The notes: a model not told the origin generated them from the letters alone. Positions 41,465 through 52,165 are shown, counted from the stretch's first letter. The stretch: DNA of 64,000 nucleotides from Candidatus Poribacteria bacterium (GCA_965215015.1 OZ244042.1:3712001-3776000); one strand, 5' to 3'. Translations and numbers: made by a program.

Positions 41465-42625
41465 ATGTTCTCCTCCATCTTCAGTTTTCCTAACAAAATT
41501 ATCTTCGGTGTCGGGACCATTAACACACTTGCCGAGCAGCTTTCGGCGTTCTCTCCCCACAAAGTTTTATTGGTCACGGACAAGGGAATTTGCCAAACAG
41601 GACTGGTAAATGAAGTAACGCAGCGGCTCGAAGCGGCGCGAATTGACTACGTAATCTTCGATGGAGTCCACGGCAATCCCGTCGAAGAAGATGTGTTCGA
41701 GGGCGTGGCAGTTTTCCAGAAGGAAGGCTGCGATTTCGTAATCGGCATGGGCGGCGGCAGTCCTCTCGATGTCGCCAAGCTGATCTGCTTGAAGGCAACC
41801 CATCCACTGCCATTAGCAGAATACGAAGTCCTCAACGGCGGATTGAAGAAAATTTCGTCTGACCTTCCATCGATGCTTGCTATTCCAACCGCAGCAGGAA
41901 CTGGGAGTGAAGTCGGGCGCGGTGCCGTTGTTACAATAAAATCGCTGGACCGCAAAGCATTGGTCTTTAGTCCCCAGCTGCTTCCCAAAATCGCAATTGT
42001 TGATCCAGCATTGACCGTTGGACTGCCCAAAGCCTTGACCGCCGCGACGGGGATGGATGCACTTACCCACAACCTCGAATCCTATCTTTCGACCGTTTAT
42101 CATCCGATTTGCGATGCGATCGCGCTTGCTGGTGTAAAACTGGTCGCCCAAAACCTGCGGCGTGCTGTCGAGAATGGCAGCGACCTCGAAGCACGTGGTG
42201 CGATGATGATGGCGGCGATGATGGGGGCCATCGCATTTCAGAAAGAGCTGGGCGTCACCCATTCCTTGGCCCATCCCCTTTCAACCGTCGCAGGCTTGCA
42301 TCACGGGCTTGCAAACGCAATCCTCCTACCGTACACGATGGCGTTCAACCGGGAGGCGGCAACGGATCAACTGAGAGACATCGCCGCTGCATTCGGCGCG
42401 AATACCTACTCACTATCACCGGAGGAGGGCGCACAAGCCGCAATCGATCAGGTCACGCAGTTGTGTCAAGACATTGGCATCCCGTTCCGTTTGCGGGAGG
42501 TCAATGTAACGGCTGAGATGATTCCCCGCCTCGCGCAGCAGGCTATAGCGGATGGATGCCACCTAACCAATCCCCGCCCTTGCACTGAGGGGGACATGAT
42601 CAATCTATATCAACAGGCACTCTGA
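41465..42625 (+). CDS. Iron-containing alcohol dehydrogenase
   Basis: GGGSPLDVAK, PTAAGTGSEVG, GMDALTH and HSLAH...HHGLAN motifs. Confidence 0.95.
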   Translation: MFSSIFSFPNKIIFGVGTINTLAEQLSAFSPHKVLLVTDKGICQTGLVNEVTQRLEAARIDYVIFDGVHGNPVEEDVFEGVAVFQKEGCDFVIGMGGGSPLDVAKLICLKATHPLPLAEYEVLNGGLKKISSDLPSMLAIPTAAGTGSEVGRGAVVTIKSLDRKALVFSPQLLPKIAIVDPALTVGLPKALTAATGMDALTHNLESYLSTVYHPICDAIALAGVKLVAQNLRRAVENGSDLEARGAMMMAAMMGAIAFQKELGVTHSLAHPLSTVAGLHHGLANAILLPYTMAFNREAATDQLRDIAAAFGANTYSLSPEEGAQAAIDQVTQLCQDIGIPFRLREVNVTAEMIPRLAQQAIADGCHLTNPRPCTEGDMINLYQQAL

Positions 42626-43000
42626 TCGCATCGCGTTTCACGTCCCCCGCATCACGCATGAACCAATGAACTAGAGTTGTTATGGCGACGATGGCAGGTT
42701 CGGGCATTGTAGGTTGATTTTCCAAAATCGACAATCTTGTGTTGAGATGTGAATCTCGACCTACAGGCTGACCCTAGAACTATTGCCAATAACTGGGTAA
42801 CCTAGATTATTAGGAGTTACACCGTTTGTAGTAACGCCATTTAACCCGCGTTCCGATAGACGATAAATCGCCAACTGTAGCCACCCGATTCATCGGGCAT
42901 TGAGCGGGATGTTCACCGGCGATGAATCGCCGACGATCCCCTAACTATAGCACACTAGTCACGGCTTAAGTCATGGCTTAATCAACAGCGATATAGAAAT

Positions 43001-44953
43001 ATGCGATTTTACCTTTCCTTTCTCTCAACCCTCCTCCTCCTTCTTAATGCCGCAGAATTAGCGGCTCGGACGGATCTCTCTATCATTAACCCAATCACCG
43101 ACTTCACGACAAATAATCAAACGGTACGAATCAAGGGAATCGTTAAATCTTCAGTCCGAGGCGAAGTTATCATTTCGACCAATACACCCGCGGGCATCCC
43201 AGATCTCGCGCAATTGGCACACTCAATTTACGGGATCCTCGTAGACCTCGGCAGCGTGCAGGAACTCAAGGGGATGCTGATTCGGCCTGTCGTCGATCGA
43301 GGGTTTCCCCGCGGGCCGCGGTTGGCGCGCATCACCTTTACTGAGGACAAATCCAATTTCTCAGAAGGCCAATCCTTTAACATTCCATCGGGTATAGATC
43401 CCGACTTCCGAAGCACGGTCGTTGATTTTCCATCAGTCATCCCCGCACAATTCATTCAGATTGAGATGATCGAAGGGTGGCAGATTGACCCAATCTCGAT
43501 TGAATCAATCCAGTTTTTGGATACAAGCAATCGGGTTATACAGGGACAAATCCAATCCATTGCAATCCGACTCCCCCTAACAGATATTTGCGATCCGAAT
43601 CTGACCGAACCCTACTGTGCCGCCTTTTCGATGGAAGTGACCCTCAAGGCTGGAGAGAACCGACTTGCGGTAACTGCGAAGGAACTAGCACCATCGGATC
43701 CAGATTCGCTGAATACCGCGGATAGAGAAACGATTTCCCTCTTTTACCTCCCTGAGCTACAGCCTAAAGCGGCTGATGGCGGGGTTTTCACCTTGAGCGA
43801 TGGAGACCGAGCAACCATTGTCATTCCCGAGGATGCCTTTGGTGAACACATTAAAAAATTACAATTTTTTTTAGTGCCCCCTGACGAAGTTGACCCTCTA
43901 TCTTATCGGGGAAACAGCCGTATTGCTAAAGGAACGGCACCGGTAGTTGTGTACCGTTTTGAAGCACTGCGCCAAGGTGCCTTTGCCGCCAAAGCGACAA
44001 GCGCGTTACCTGACCAACCGCCCACCTTCGCTGCGGATGGCATCTTGGAGCCACCGTCCACATGGGTCGCAGGTCTTGTGCCACTGCCCGTCAGTTTGAC
44101 CATCGATCTTGAGGTGCGACGCACTGTCAGCCGCATGGTTGTGCACGCTAATGTGGAAGGGGAGGTCTCCTTCGGCCCACAGCGTGCAACACTCCTCGCA
44201 TCAAACGATAACGAAAATTTCACAAGCGTGCTTGAAGTCACAACCTTTGAAGATCGAGCCACTACTATTGATCTACCAACACGACCATCCGCTCGTTACT
44301 TTCGCCTCGAAATCACAGAGAGCAAGCAAGCGAATAACATTCAACTCAATGAGGTTGAGTTTTTCGATGCGTCCGGCGCGAAAATCGTGTCTTTTGACGC
44401 CTTCGATCACCTGATCCTTGACCGTCCTGCACTACTTGAATTGGGCTATCGCCCTTCAGATCTGATGGTCGCAAACATCACACGAGAGGCGGATTTGAAG
44501 GTCTTCGCTTGGGATGCATCCACGCAGGAATGGCAGTTGGTCGGCGGTGAAACTAATCTGAATCGGCAGGCTGTCCGTTTGGCACTCAACTTCATTTCTC
44601 AAGTTGCCTTGTTTCAGGCAGTCTCATCGCAGATTCAGGCAGCGTGGAGTTTCAACCCCTTCTCGCCCGATGGCAACGGAATCGCTGACCGAACGCGACT
44701 CACAATCGTGGACGCGAATGCCTCTCACATCGGGGGTACGGAGCCGGTCGTTGAAATCTTTGATCTGCACAATAAGCTTATCCGTACCTTAGTGAATCGG
44801 ACTATAATGCGTTCCAACGCGATGAGTATCGAATGGGATGGCAGGGATGAGGCAGGCGAAATCGTGAGTATCGGTCCCTACATCTACCAGATTCAGTTGA
44901 AATTTGGCGATCAGGTCCAAGTCCGCAACGGTATTATCGTGGTGGGAAAATGA
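43001..44953 (+). CDS. Secreted protein with discoidin/F5-8-like domains and a C-terminal FlgD-Ig/T9SS-CTD-like domain
   Basis: Signal peptide and LTIDL...ARYFRLEI...LNEVEF. C-terminal NPFSPDGNG...WDGRDEAGEIVSIGPYIYQI. Confidence 0.75.
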   Translation: MRFYLSFLSTLLLLLNAAELAARTDLSIINPITDFTTNNQTVRIKGIVKSSVRGEVIISTNTPAGIPDLAQLAHSIYGILVDLGSVQELKGMLIRPVVDRGFPRGPRLARITFTEDKSNFSEGQSFNIPSGIDPDFRSTVVDFPSVIPAQFIQIEMIEGWQIDPISIESIQFLDTSNRVIQGQIQSIAIRLPLTDICDPNLTEPYCAAFSMEVTLKAGENRLAVTAKELAPSDPDSLNTADRETISLFYLPELQPKAADGGVFTLSDGDRATIVIPEDAFGEHIKKLQFFLVPPDEVDPLSYRGNSRIAKGTAPVVVYRFEALRQGAFAAKATSALPDQPPTFAADGILEPPSTWVAGLVPLPVSLTIDLEVRRTVSRMVVHANVEGEVSFGPQRATLLASNDNENFTSVLEVTTFEDRATTIDLPTRPSARYFRLEITESKQANNIQLNEVEFFDASGAKIVSFDAFDHLILDRPALLELGYRPSDLMVANITREADLKVFAWDASTQEWQLVGGETNLNRQAVRLALNFISQVALFQAVSSQIQAAWSFNPFSPDGNGIADRTRLTIVDANASHIGGTEPVVEIFDLHNKLIRTLVNRTIMRSNAMSIEWDGRDEAGEIVSIGPYIYQIQLKFGDQVQVRNGIIVVGK

Positions 44954-45379
44954 GCCCATTGCGGTGTAAGTTTGCCCACGACATGACTCAAAAAGTAGGA
45001 ATTAAGTGTTGAGATATGAATCTTGACCTACGAGCTCCGCCATGCCGTTATGTGCACAATGGTTACCGCATACGGCGTATGCCTACTACTAGCGACTTGG
45101 GTTATTATACGCCAAAAGCGATGGAAAATCAGGTAGAACTTACGAGGGAACACCGATCGGTGTTCCCTACGTACGCCTTAATAGAACCCTTGTTGTAGTT
45201 GCTCGATTCATCGGGCCTCAGGGGTGTGCTCCGACGACGAATCACCAAGGATATCCTGACTCTAGCCCAATAGTCATGGCTAAACCAACCATGAATATTG
45301 CGCGCCCTTTTCTGGTGTTGGCATTGAGCGTTCAACTGCATAATTCCTACGAAATAAAGAAGAAGCCCCACCATAGAAA

Positions 45380-45683
45380 ATGAAAACGATGAAAGCCGCA
45401 ATTCTGGGCTGCACAGGGAGAGTCGTTAGCCATTGACCCGGTTCAACCGCCGAGAGATCTCTCACCGGGCCAAGTCCTCCACACCAATGTCTGCGGCTCA
45501 CAGGTCACCATGATCGAGGGAAAACGGGGAAAGGCCCCCTATCTGTCACACCTGCTCGGACATGAAGGTTCAGCAACGATTGAAGCGGTGAATCTTGGTA
45601 TCGTTGAGATGGATGGCGAGTTTATTACGTGCCTCATCGAAAAGCCCCAGAACCCACCGACAAACCTTGTTCGCTTATATTAA
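45380..45683 (+). pseudogene. Truncated, frameshifted Zn-dependent (MDR) alcohol dehydrogenase
   Basis: MKAAIL, then a shifted frame PGQVLHTNVCGSQ...HLLGHEGSATIEAV (CGS and GHE motifs). Ends at a MITE end. Confidence 0.8.
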
Positions 45684-46121
45684 GCAATCGTGTAATAGAA
45701 ACCGATTGAATGGTTTTCACGTTAGCTACAACGAATATCAGTTGACAGACGGGTTGCGGTTGATGGTAGAATGTAGCGAGCAGATGAAGGTTGAATTCAT
45801 CAATTCGCTGCATTGCGGCACCCTAGGCCAACTGTTGAACGCCAATCGGTCTATCAAAAAGAGCATCGCAAACTTGCCAATTTCTCAATAGCGTGATTAT
45901 CCCGCCCGTTTTTATCGGAGCGGACGCAGTTATTGAAAGGACTATTATCGGTCCCTATGCCTCGATTGGCAGCAGGGCGCGAGTTATCAACATACCGTAG
46001 GGGCTTAGTTTCCTCGCCCGATAGGTTAAAAAAAACAACCCCTGTGTAGGGAACACCGATTTGCGTTCCCCACAAAAGGAAACAGATAGATTACCCATCT
46101 TGACCTTATAGGAGAAAATTT

Positions 46122-47084
46122 TTGAATCCCGTTACGTTTCAAGGCGTTTTGGCTGCACGCCGCACCGTCTATCAGTTCCTGAAGCCGACGCCATTAATCC
46201 ACTATCCAGAGCTGTCAGGGCTATTTGGCTTCAAGGCTTATATCAAGCATGAAAACCATCAACCAACGGGAAGCTTTAAGGTTCGCGGCGGCTTGAACTT
46301 TATCAGTCAACTCCCGGCAGATCTGCGGGAGCGCGGTGTGATAACCGCAACGCGGGGGAATCATGGCGGATCAATCGCGTATGCAGCAAAACAGTTCGGC
46401 GTTCATGCCACAATCGTTGTACCACACGGCAACAATCCGGAGAAGAACAGTGCGATGCGTGCTTTCGGTGCAGAACTAATCGAGCACGGCATCGATTTTG
46501 ATGAATCACGGAAGTTATGCGAAAAGCTGCAGATCGAACGTGGGCTCTATTATGTCCACCCCGCCAACGAACCGCCGCTCCTCCACGGGGTCGGAACCTA
46601 TTCCCTTGAGATCTTTGAGGACCTGCCAGAGGTAGAGGCAATCCTCGTGCCCATCGGAGCGGGGAGCGGTGCGTGTGGAGCAATCACAGTGGCGCAGGCG
46701 ATTAATCCAAACGTAAAGGTCATCGGTGTGCAAGCGGAAAACGCACCGTCGGTTTACCGCTCATGGAAGGCAGGACAGAAGCTCGAGACCAACTCAGCAA
46801 ATACAGTCGCTGATGGCTTGGCGACTCGCGTAACATTTGACCTTCCGTTTTCAATTCTAAAAGATGGAATCAGTCAGATTCTGTTGGTGAGTGAGGAGGA
46901 GATTCGAGAGGCGATTCGGATGGCACTGCGGTATACACACAACCTCATAGAAGGGGCTGCTGCGGCACCAATCGCTGCTGCCCGCAAGCTGAAGGAAGAA
47001 CTCGCAGACCAAAACGTTGTAATGATTATGAGCGGTGCAAACCTAGATACCGAAACGCTCCGGTGGACCCTGCGCGAGGAATAG
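46122..47084 (+). CDS. Threonine/serine dehydratase (PLP)
   Basis: KHENHQPTGSFKVRGG, TRGNHG, VPIGAGSG, ADGLA and SGAN motifs. Confidence 0.9.
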   Translation: MNPVTFQGVLAARRTVYQFLKPTPLIHYPELSGLFGFKAYIKHENHQPTGSFKVRGGLNFISQLPADLRERGVITATRGNHGGSIAYAAKQFGVHATIVVPHGNNPEKNSAMRAFGAELIEHGIDFDESRKLCEKLQIERGLYYVHPANEPPLLHGVGTYSLEIFEDLPEVEAILVPIGAGSGACGAITVAQAINPNVKVIGVQAENAPSVYRSWKAGQKLETNSANTVADGLATRVTFDLPFSILKDGISQILLVSEEEIREAIRMALRYTHNLIEGAAAAPIAAARKLKEELADQNVVMIMSGANLDTETLRWTLREE

Positions 47085-47316
47085 CTATTAGAGAACAACT
47101 CAATGTATTATAGGAGTTACGCATTTGAGTTTGTAGTCGCGCGTTCATTGCGCGCCTTTAAGGAGGCATACGGCGTATGCCGTAACCGTTGTGCCAATGA
47201 TGGCATGTAGGTCGAGATTTACATCTCGACACTACAATGCCCGAATTTGCTTATTCAAGCCGTTAAATGTCAACAGAACCTCGTTCATTAATGAACCAAT
47301 CTACCGATGAACTAAT

Positions 47317-47826
47317 TTACGCATCAGAATGCTGTTTAATAGAGATGGCCAACTTCTCCACTTCCTCAAATTTTGGACGATACAAAAAGAGGCCAACGAG
47401 TGAAATTGCAAGGAATATCAAGAATGTGGTAAAATTACCATTCATAAAAAAAATTGTTAATCCAAAAGCCGCAATGCTCTCCGCAATGGCAAGCGAAACA
47501 ACCACAGCGGGCTTATATCTCGCAATGTATGGCGAAATCTGCCCCGGCGTCTTTCTCGACTCTTTGGAAAGTGGTTTGGAAGACGCCCTGTGTAACATAT
47601 ACTTCCGTACAAAATAAGCCAAGAGTAATCCAACGATTGCCACACCATATAGGATTTGCGTGATCTGCCTAACAGTTTGTGGGTGGTGCCTCTGTTCGAT
47701 GCTTTTACCAAGCAGAAAGACAAATATCAGTGATAAAACTAAGGTCAAGAACATCGCAATCCAAACAGTCCAGACCTTGAACATTCCCGCCTTTAACTGC
47801 CTTACTTCCCTTGTAGGGTCTAACAT
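47317..47826 (-). CDS. Hypothetical four-TM membrane protein
   Basis: Hydrophobic segments and SLAIAESIAAFG. GGAGG-like RBS before MLDPT. Confidence 0.7.
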   Translation of the reverse strand: MLDPTREVRQLKAGMFKVWTVWIAMFLTLVLSLIFVFLLGKSIEQRHHPQTVRQITQILYGVAIVGLLLAYFVRKYMLHRASSKPLSKESRKTPGQISPYIARYKPAVVVSLAIAESIAAFGLTIFFMNGNFTTFLIFLAISLVGLFLYRPKFEEVEKLAISIKQHSDA

Positions 47827-47900
47827 ATTCCTCCCCTTCAATGTCCCACAAAGATGGTTCACCAGTTCAATTAACCAACGAACCCGTTAAGTTCACTCGT

Positions 47901-48449
47901 TCATTCCTCGCTGAAGCGATTGGCCACAGCAACCAAATCAAGGATATTAACGGTGCCATCTTCATTGACATCTCCTAGCAGCTCCGGACCCGTTCTTCCA
48001 AGCTGATTGGCGATGAGAACCAGATCGAGGATATTGACCACGCCATCTTGGTTGACATCATAGGACGAGGGCTGTGGTGGCTTAATATATGTGAAACCAC
48101 CCACAAGCCTATCCGATTTGCCATCAGGATTGGTGACAACGACATCGGCACTTCCCGCAACACCTGCCGGCGTCTCGACTGACAACTCGGTTGGTGAAAC
48201 GAAAATCACATTTGATGCGGCATTCCGGCCAACTGTAACAGTTGCTCCGGCCTGAAAGTTTTCTCCGATAATCTGAACGGTTGCTCCGCCGTCTACCATG
48301 TCGTTATCTGGTTCAACACGGGTAAGGGTTGGTGCGACCGATTGTGTGGCAAATTGTTGATTAATTTCCGCCTGTGAGATTGGCACAGTAAGCCATAACC
48401 CGATAAGCATCAAGCATAAAAAATAAGTTGTATATCTTATCAATTTCAT
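47901..48449 (-). CDS. Secreted IPT/TIG-domain protein with C-terminal dockerin-like repeats
   Basis: GGATVQIIGENF...VVVTNPDG, and DVNQDGVVNILDLV / DVNEDGTVNILDLV. Confidence 0.88.
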   Translation of the reverse strand: MKLIRYTTYFLCLMLIGLWLTVPISQAEINQQFATQSVAPTLTRVEPDNDMVDGGATVQIIGENFQAGATVTVGRNAASNVIFVSPTELSVETPAGVAGSADVVVTNPDGKSDRLVGGFTYIKPPQPSSYDVNQDGVVNILDLVLIANQLGRTGPELLGDVNEDGTVNILDLVAVANRFSEE

Positions 48450-48619
48450 TCTCCTTAGGACTTACACAATTGACCCCTCGAAGCCTTGCAGGTCGAAATT
48501 CATATCTTGAGCCGAAACGTTAATTTCAGCGAGGACAGTCCCTGCATCACGGCTACAGATTCGATAAACATGCCTCACAACGCCCAATTTATCGGGCGGC
48601 GACAGTTAAGCGAGGGAGG

Positions 48620-48840
48620 CTCATAAAGTAGTAGGCATACTCCGCGGGCCGTAAACCCAACAACCATTATGGCATATGGCTTGGCTAACACGCAACTGCC
48701 GTTAAACTCCCAGCCATAATTGGGAAAAACAAAGTACCTCCAACCCCGTAGGTGGGGCATCTTGTCCCATCTACCGCTGCGAACCCTATCTGTATCCGTG
48801 CAATCTGCGTCATCTACTGAGTCCGCGATTCAGACAATAA
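48620..48840. repeat. About 220-bp dispersed repeat, inverted copy at about 60908-61125
   Basis: The spurious ORFs 48575-48760(-) and 60908-61123(+) give collinear translations, and the DNA is similar. Confidence 0.8.
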
Positions 48841-48963
48841 TTATGACCACCCCTCAGTTCATCCGATTTATAGTCTATCGTGATGCGGGTTGAATTGCCT
48901 TACTACAAACTCAAGGGTGTACTACCTTCTGATAATTGCGAATCAGCCACATGCTCGTCTTTA

Positions 48964-49791
48964 TCAACCATTTTTTGCAGCCTTCATTAACTCAGCAAGC
49001 CGTTCAGCAAATCTAATCGCACTATTGTCTCCAGGCTGATAGTCAATCACTTTCCGAGCGTTTACAATGCTCCAGAAGCTGTGCGAATTGTCGCTGATTC
49101 CATACACAATCTGAAACGGAATCCCATTTTCATCTTCGATGTTTGCGGTTTCAATGCTTTTGATGAACAGTTGTGTCTGATCCTTTGCGCTTAAATAGGC
49201 GCCAAGTTCCCGATGGATGTGCTTCAAGTCCTTTGGATCTGCGGCATCGAGAATTGTCTCACGCGGCGCACCGATACGGACTTGCACGTTTTCCACCTTC
49301 TTCCCATCAACGTGCCCCGTCGCAAACACAAAACCGAGATGTTCATAGGTCTCCTTCGCCCAGCCATAGAAGTTGTCGGATAACGGACGCATGTCGGGCG
49401 TCACCACATCCCACTTATCTCCCCAGATTAGGTTTTCATAGTAATCCGCCGCATGATTAGAACTACAGACGACTGCCCGACGCACCCCCTCCTCAAGACA
49501 GATTTGGTAGAGGTTATATGCCATTTGGACGTTTGCTAACTCGTTCTCAAAGCTCCCACCCTTAAAGGCACAGTGAACAACAGCATCAACACCTTTGAAA
49601 TACGCGCGATATTTGTCTCGGTCCGGATCAGTCAAGTCCGCAATCTGAATCCCATCGACTGTCTCGCCCCCTCGATTGGTCGTCTTGACATCAAGGAGCA
49701 CGAGCGCATACCGTTCACGGAAGGTAGGTAACATTCTGCTTGCGATATATCCTGATGCCCCTGTGATAAGAACCTTCCTTTTGTCAGCCAT
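48964..49791 (-). CDS. NAD-dependent epimerase/dehydratase (uronate dehydrogenase-like)
   Basis: ITGASGYIA, SSNHA, YGWAK and YGISDN motifs. Confidence 0.88.
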   Translation of the reverse strand: MADKRKVLITGASGYIASRMLPTFRERYALVLLDVKTTNRGGETVDGIQIADLTDPDRDKYRAYFKGVDAVVHCAFKGGSFENELANVQMAYNLYQICLEEGVRRAVVCSSNHAADYYENLIWGDKWDVVTPDMRPLSDNFYGWAKETYEHLGFVFATGHVDGKKVENVQVRIGAPRETILDAADPKDLKHIHRELGAYLSAKDQTQLFIKSIETANIEDENGIPFQIVYGISDNSHSFWSIVNARKVIDYQPGDNSAIRFAERLAELMKAAKNG

Positions 49792-49873
49792 GTAGTGTGT
49801 ACCTCCTTAAATATACCATGCATAATAGCATAGCCAGCACTATCCGTCAAACAAAAAAGTCGAGATAAAATCC

Positions 49874-49902
49874 TTGACAGACACATAATATCCTGTTATA
49901 AT
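49874..49902 (+). promoter_or_regulatory. Consensus sigma70 promoter of the tRNA pair
   Basis: TTGACA-N17-TATAAT with a TG extension, 15 bp upstream of tRNA-Gln. Confidence 0.9.
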
Positions 49903-49917
49903 TTTTTCATCTGGTTT

Positions 49918-49991
49918 TGCCGGGTCGTCTAATGGTAGGACGCATGGTTCTGGCCCATGTTACGAGGGTTCGAGTCCTTCCCCGGCAGCCA
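49918..49991 (+). tRNA. tRNA-Gln (anticodon CTG)
   Basis: TGCCGGG/CCCGGCA acceptor stem, CATGG-TTCTGGC-CCATG anticodon arm, GGTTCGAGTCC T-arm and encoded CCA. Confidence 0.95.
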
Positions 49992-50003
49992 GCCTTTTCG
50001 CAT

Positions 50004-50075
50004 GGCGCTATCGTCTAGGGGTTAGGACGGGTGGTTCTCAGCCATCAAACCGGGGTTCGATTCCCCGTAGCGCTA
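50004..50075 (+). tRNA. tRNA-Glu (anticodon CTC)
   Basis: GGCGCTA/TAGCGCT stem, GGTGG-TTCTCAG-CCATC anticodon arm and GGTTCGATTCC. CCA is not encoded. Confidence 0.93.
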
Positions 50076-50215
50076 TCGTGTCAAAATAATCCTTAAAACT
50101 GCACCGAATCTCTAAAGCCGCTGTCGGATGGACAACGATTTCATCAATCAGACCCCTGACAGCGGCTTTTTGTGTGTCCGGGGCATCTAACGCAGCCAGA
50201 AGATCCGAACCGAAG
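50038..50215 (-). pseudogene. C-terminal remnant of a large serine recombinase reading into the tRNA-Glu 3' end
   Basis: QKAAVRGLIDEIVVHPTAALEIR resembles the C-terminal tail of serine integrases. The ORF ends antisense within the tRNA (ALRGIEPRFDG). Confidence 0.55.
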
Positions 50216-50555
50216 GTCGTTAGGAAGGATTTATAACTTTTTGGTTTGAAAACGAACAAATCTCAGCTGAACGCTCAAAATCCCGATAGGGATTTTCAAA
50301 GTCACCCAACTCCGGAGCACTATTGTCTATCAGTTTCAAGACTGTCTGAATCAGGATTCTCAGGATTAGGAGATTTTCAGGAGGATGGATTTATAACTTC
50401 CTGCGTCTGTTAGCGCGTCTGCGTCTGGAGGGCCTCACGTTGGTTAGCAATTTTGCTTTTAAGGATTTTGACACTAGCGTCAAGGTTGGGATAGGTATGT
50501 CAACGCTTTGACGCGCATGTCAACATTTTAACAGGGGTGTCAAAATTTCGCAATT

Positions 50556-50575
50556 TGTGGATAACTTGTGGATAA
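50556..50575. promoter_or_regulatory. Two tandem perfect DnaA boxes (candidate oriC core)
   Basis: TGTGGATAA at 50556 and 50567, 2 bp apart, in a 1.3-kb gene-free region. Confidence 0.6.
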
Positions 50576-50989
50576 CTTTTCGTGAAACGTGAAAGGGGTA
50601 CCTATGAATCGGACCTATGGTGTTATTAAGATGGGCGAAATTCGGCAGCTCGTTCCTTGTCCCTGCGACAGTCTTATTATCGTTGAGTTGGGGATGCCTT
50701 CTTCTGCCGCGAGTTGGAGCCAACTGCTCCGCTATTACGAATTTGTATTCCACGGGCGAGGGTGCTGCTAAAAATGGGTAAGGCGGAGCGTTGCCTACTA
50801 CTTTTTACGGTATGGCGGGGTGTGTTTGCTGCTTTGGGCTGAACTGTAGTTGCCTGATTTATCGGGCCTCAGGGGTGTGCTCTAGGGATGAAGGATGCTA
50901 AAAACGATTCTAATACTTTAGCATTGGGCCCGGCACTGTTATTTTTTTCTTGCCAATCCCTTGGAAATGTGTTGTAATAATAGGGTACT

Positions 50990-51014
50990 GGATAAATGGC
51001 AATATCCTTGTAAC
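50990..51014 (+). promoter_or_regulatory. Sigma54-like -24/-12 motif upstream of pspA
   Basis: GGATAAATGGCAATATCCTTGTAAC (GG-N10-GT), with a 23/25 identical copy at 56386. Confidence 0.55.
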
Positions 51015-51439
51015 GTCCTGTTCATCACAATTGAGTTTATCGTAATGCCATTCAACATCACGATAGACTATAAATCGCCCGATAGTAGTTGGTATACGGC
51101 GTATGCTGTAGTCGTTGTGCCTCGGAACGATACTCCCCCTGCGGGGCCGGGGGGCTCTCTTCGCTTAGGCGGTGTCGTCCTTCCCCCGTAAGGAGTGAGG
51201 GCCATTCCACAGATTGTTAGGTAATTGTTAGGGCAAGCCCTAACAATCCCTTGAAGCACGAGTACTACAAGCCGCCTAACAGTCAGCGCGCAATGAATTG
51301 CGCTACTACAAGCTCTCGGGGTTCACCTAGAGCTTTACGAACTTAATGCCCCCTGCTGGGACTGAGGGGGGCGGCGCGTGCTTACTACTAGCGGCGGAGT
51401 TAATTATTTAAAAACAATGTTACAGGGAGGAACTGAACC

Positions 51440-52165
51440 GTGCAAACCTTAAATCGAGCGAAGCTCATCGTGAGATCGCATGTGAACGAGCTGCTAGAGA
51501 AAGCGGAGGATACGCGCAAAACGCGGGGGCTTATGGTGGAAGAGATGCGCCAGAATGTGCGCCATGTCAAGGCTTTAATCGCCGGTGCGATAGCCGATCT
51601 CAAGTTGATAGAACGGGAGATCGATGCCCATGGGGATAAAGCCAACAAGTGGGAGGAGAGGGCGGTCTTCGCCTTGAAGAAGGGAGAGGAAGATCTCGCT
51701 CGCCGGGCACTCACCCGCAAAGGTGAGCATATAAAAAAGGCCGATCTGTATCGTGAACAGATTGGGACGCAACAGGAGATAATAGACTCCCTCAAGTCAA
51801 GTTTGAAAATGCTGGATGCTAAGCTGGACACGATGCGCTATCAAACTGCGAAATTGGCTGCCTCTGAGAGTTTAGAGGTGTTACAGTCCACTGTCGGTGC
51901 AACACGACCGGCGGATACAGTGATTGACACAACCGCCCCGATGGAATCGGGATTCAAAGCTACCTTCGATGCCTACGATCGGCTGGTTGACCGTGTCCAA
52001 GATTTGGAAGCACAGGCGGAAGCGTTGGCTGAGTTGACGCAGGGCGATGACCTTGAGCGGAAATTTCATGAACTTGAGAATAACGAAAAGGTCGAGGCAG
52101 ATCTTGCGGCGTTGAAAACCAAAGTCCATCCTGCAAACCAGGGAGGCTCGTCCCCAACGGAGTGA
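51440..52165 (+). CDS. PspA/IM30 (ESCRT-III-like) family protein, divergent copy
   Basis: LLEKAED, WEERAVFALKKGEEDLARRAL, EAQAEA and DLERKF motifs, with an AGGAGG RBS. Confidence 0.88.
   Translation: MQTLNRAKLIVRSHVNELLEKAEDTRKTRGLMVEEMRQNVRHVKALIAGAIADLKLIEREIDAHGDKANKWEERAVFALKKGEEDLARRALTRKGEHIKKADLYREQIGTQQEIIDSLKSSLKMLDAKLDTMRYQTAKLAASESLEVLQSTVGATRPADTVIDTTAPMESGFKATFDAYDRLVDRVQDLEAQAEALAELTQGDDLERKFHELENNEKVEADLAALKTKVHPANQGGSSPTE

Noticed and set aside
48575-48760. Small paralogous protein pair with 60908-61123
   Set aside because: The similarity is explained by an inverted non-coding dispersed repeat ending in a REP. There is no RBS and the starts differ.
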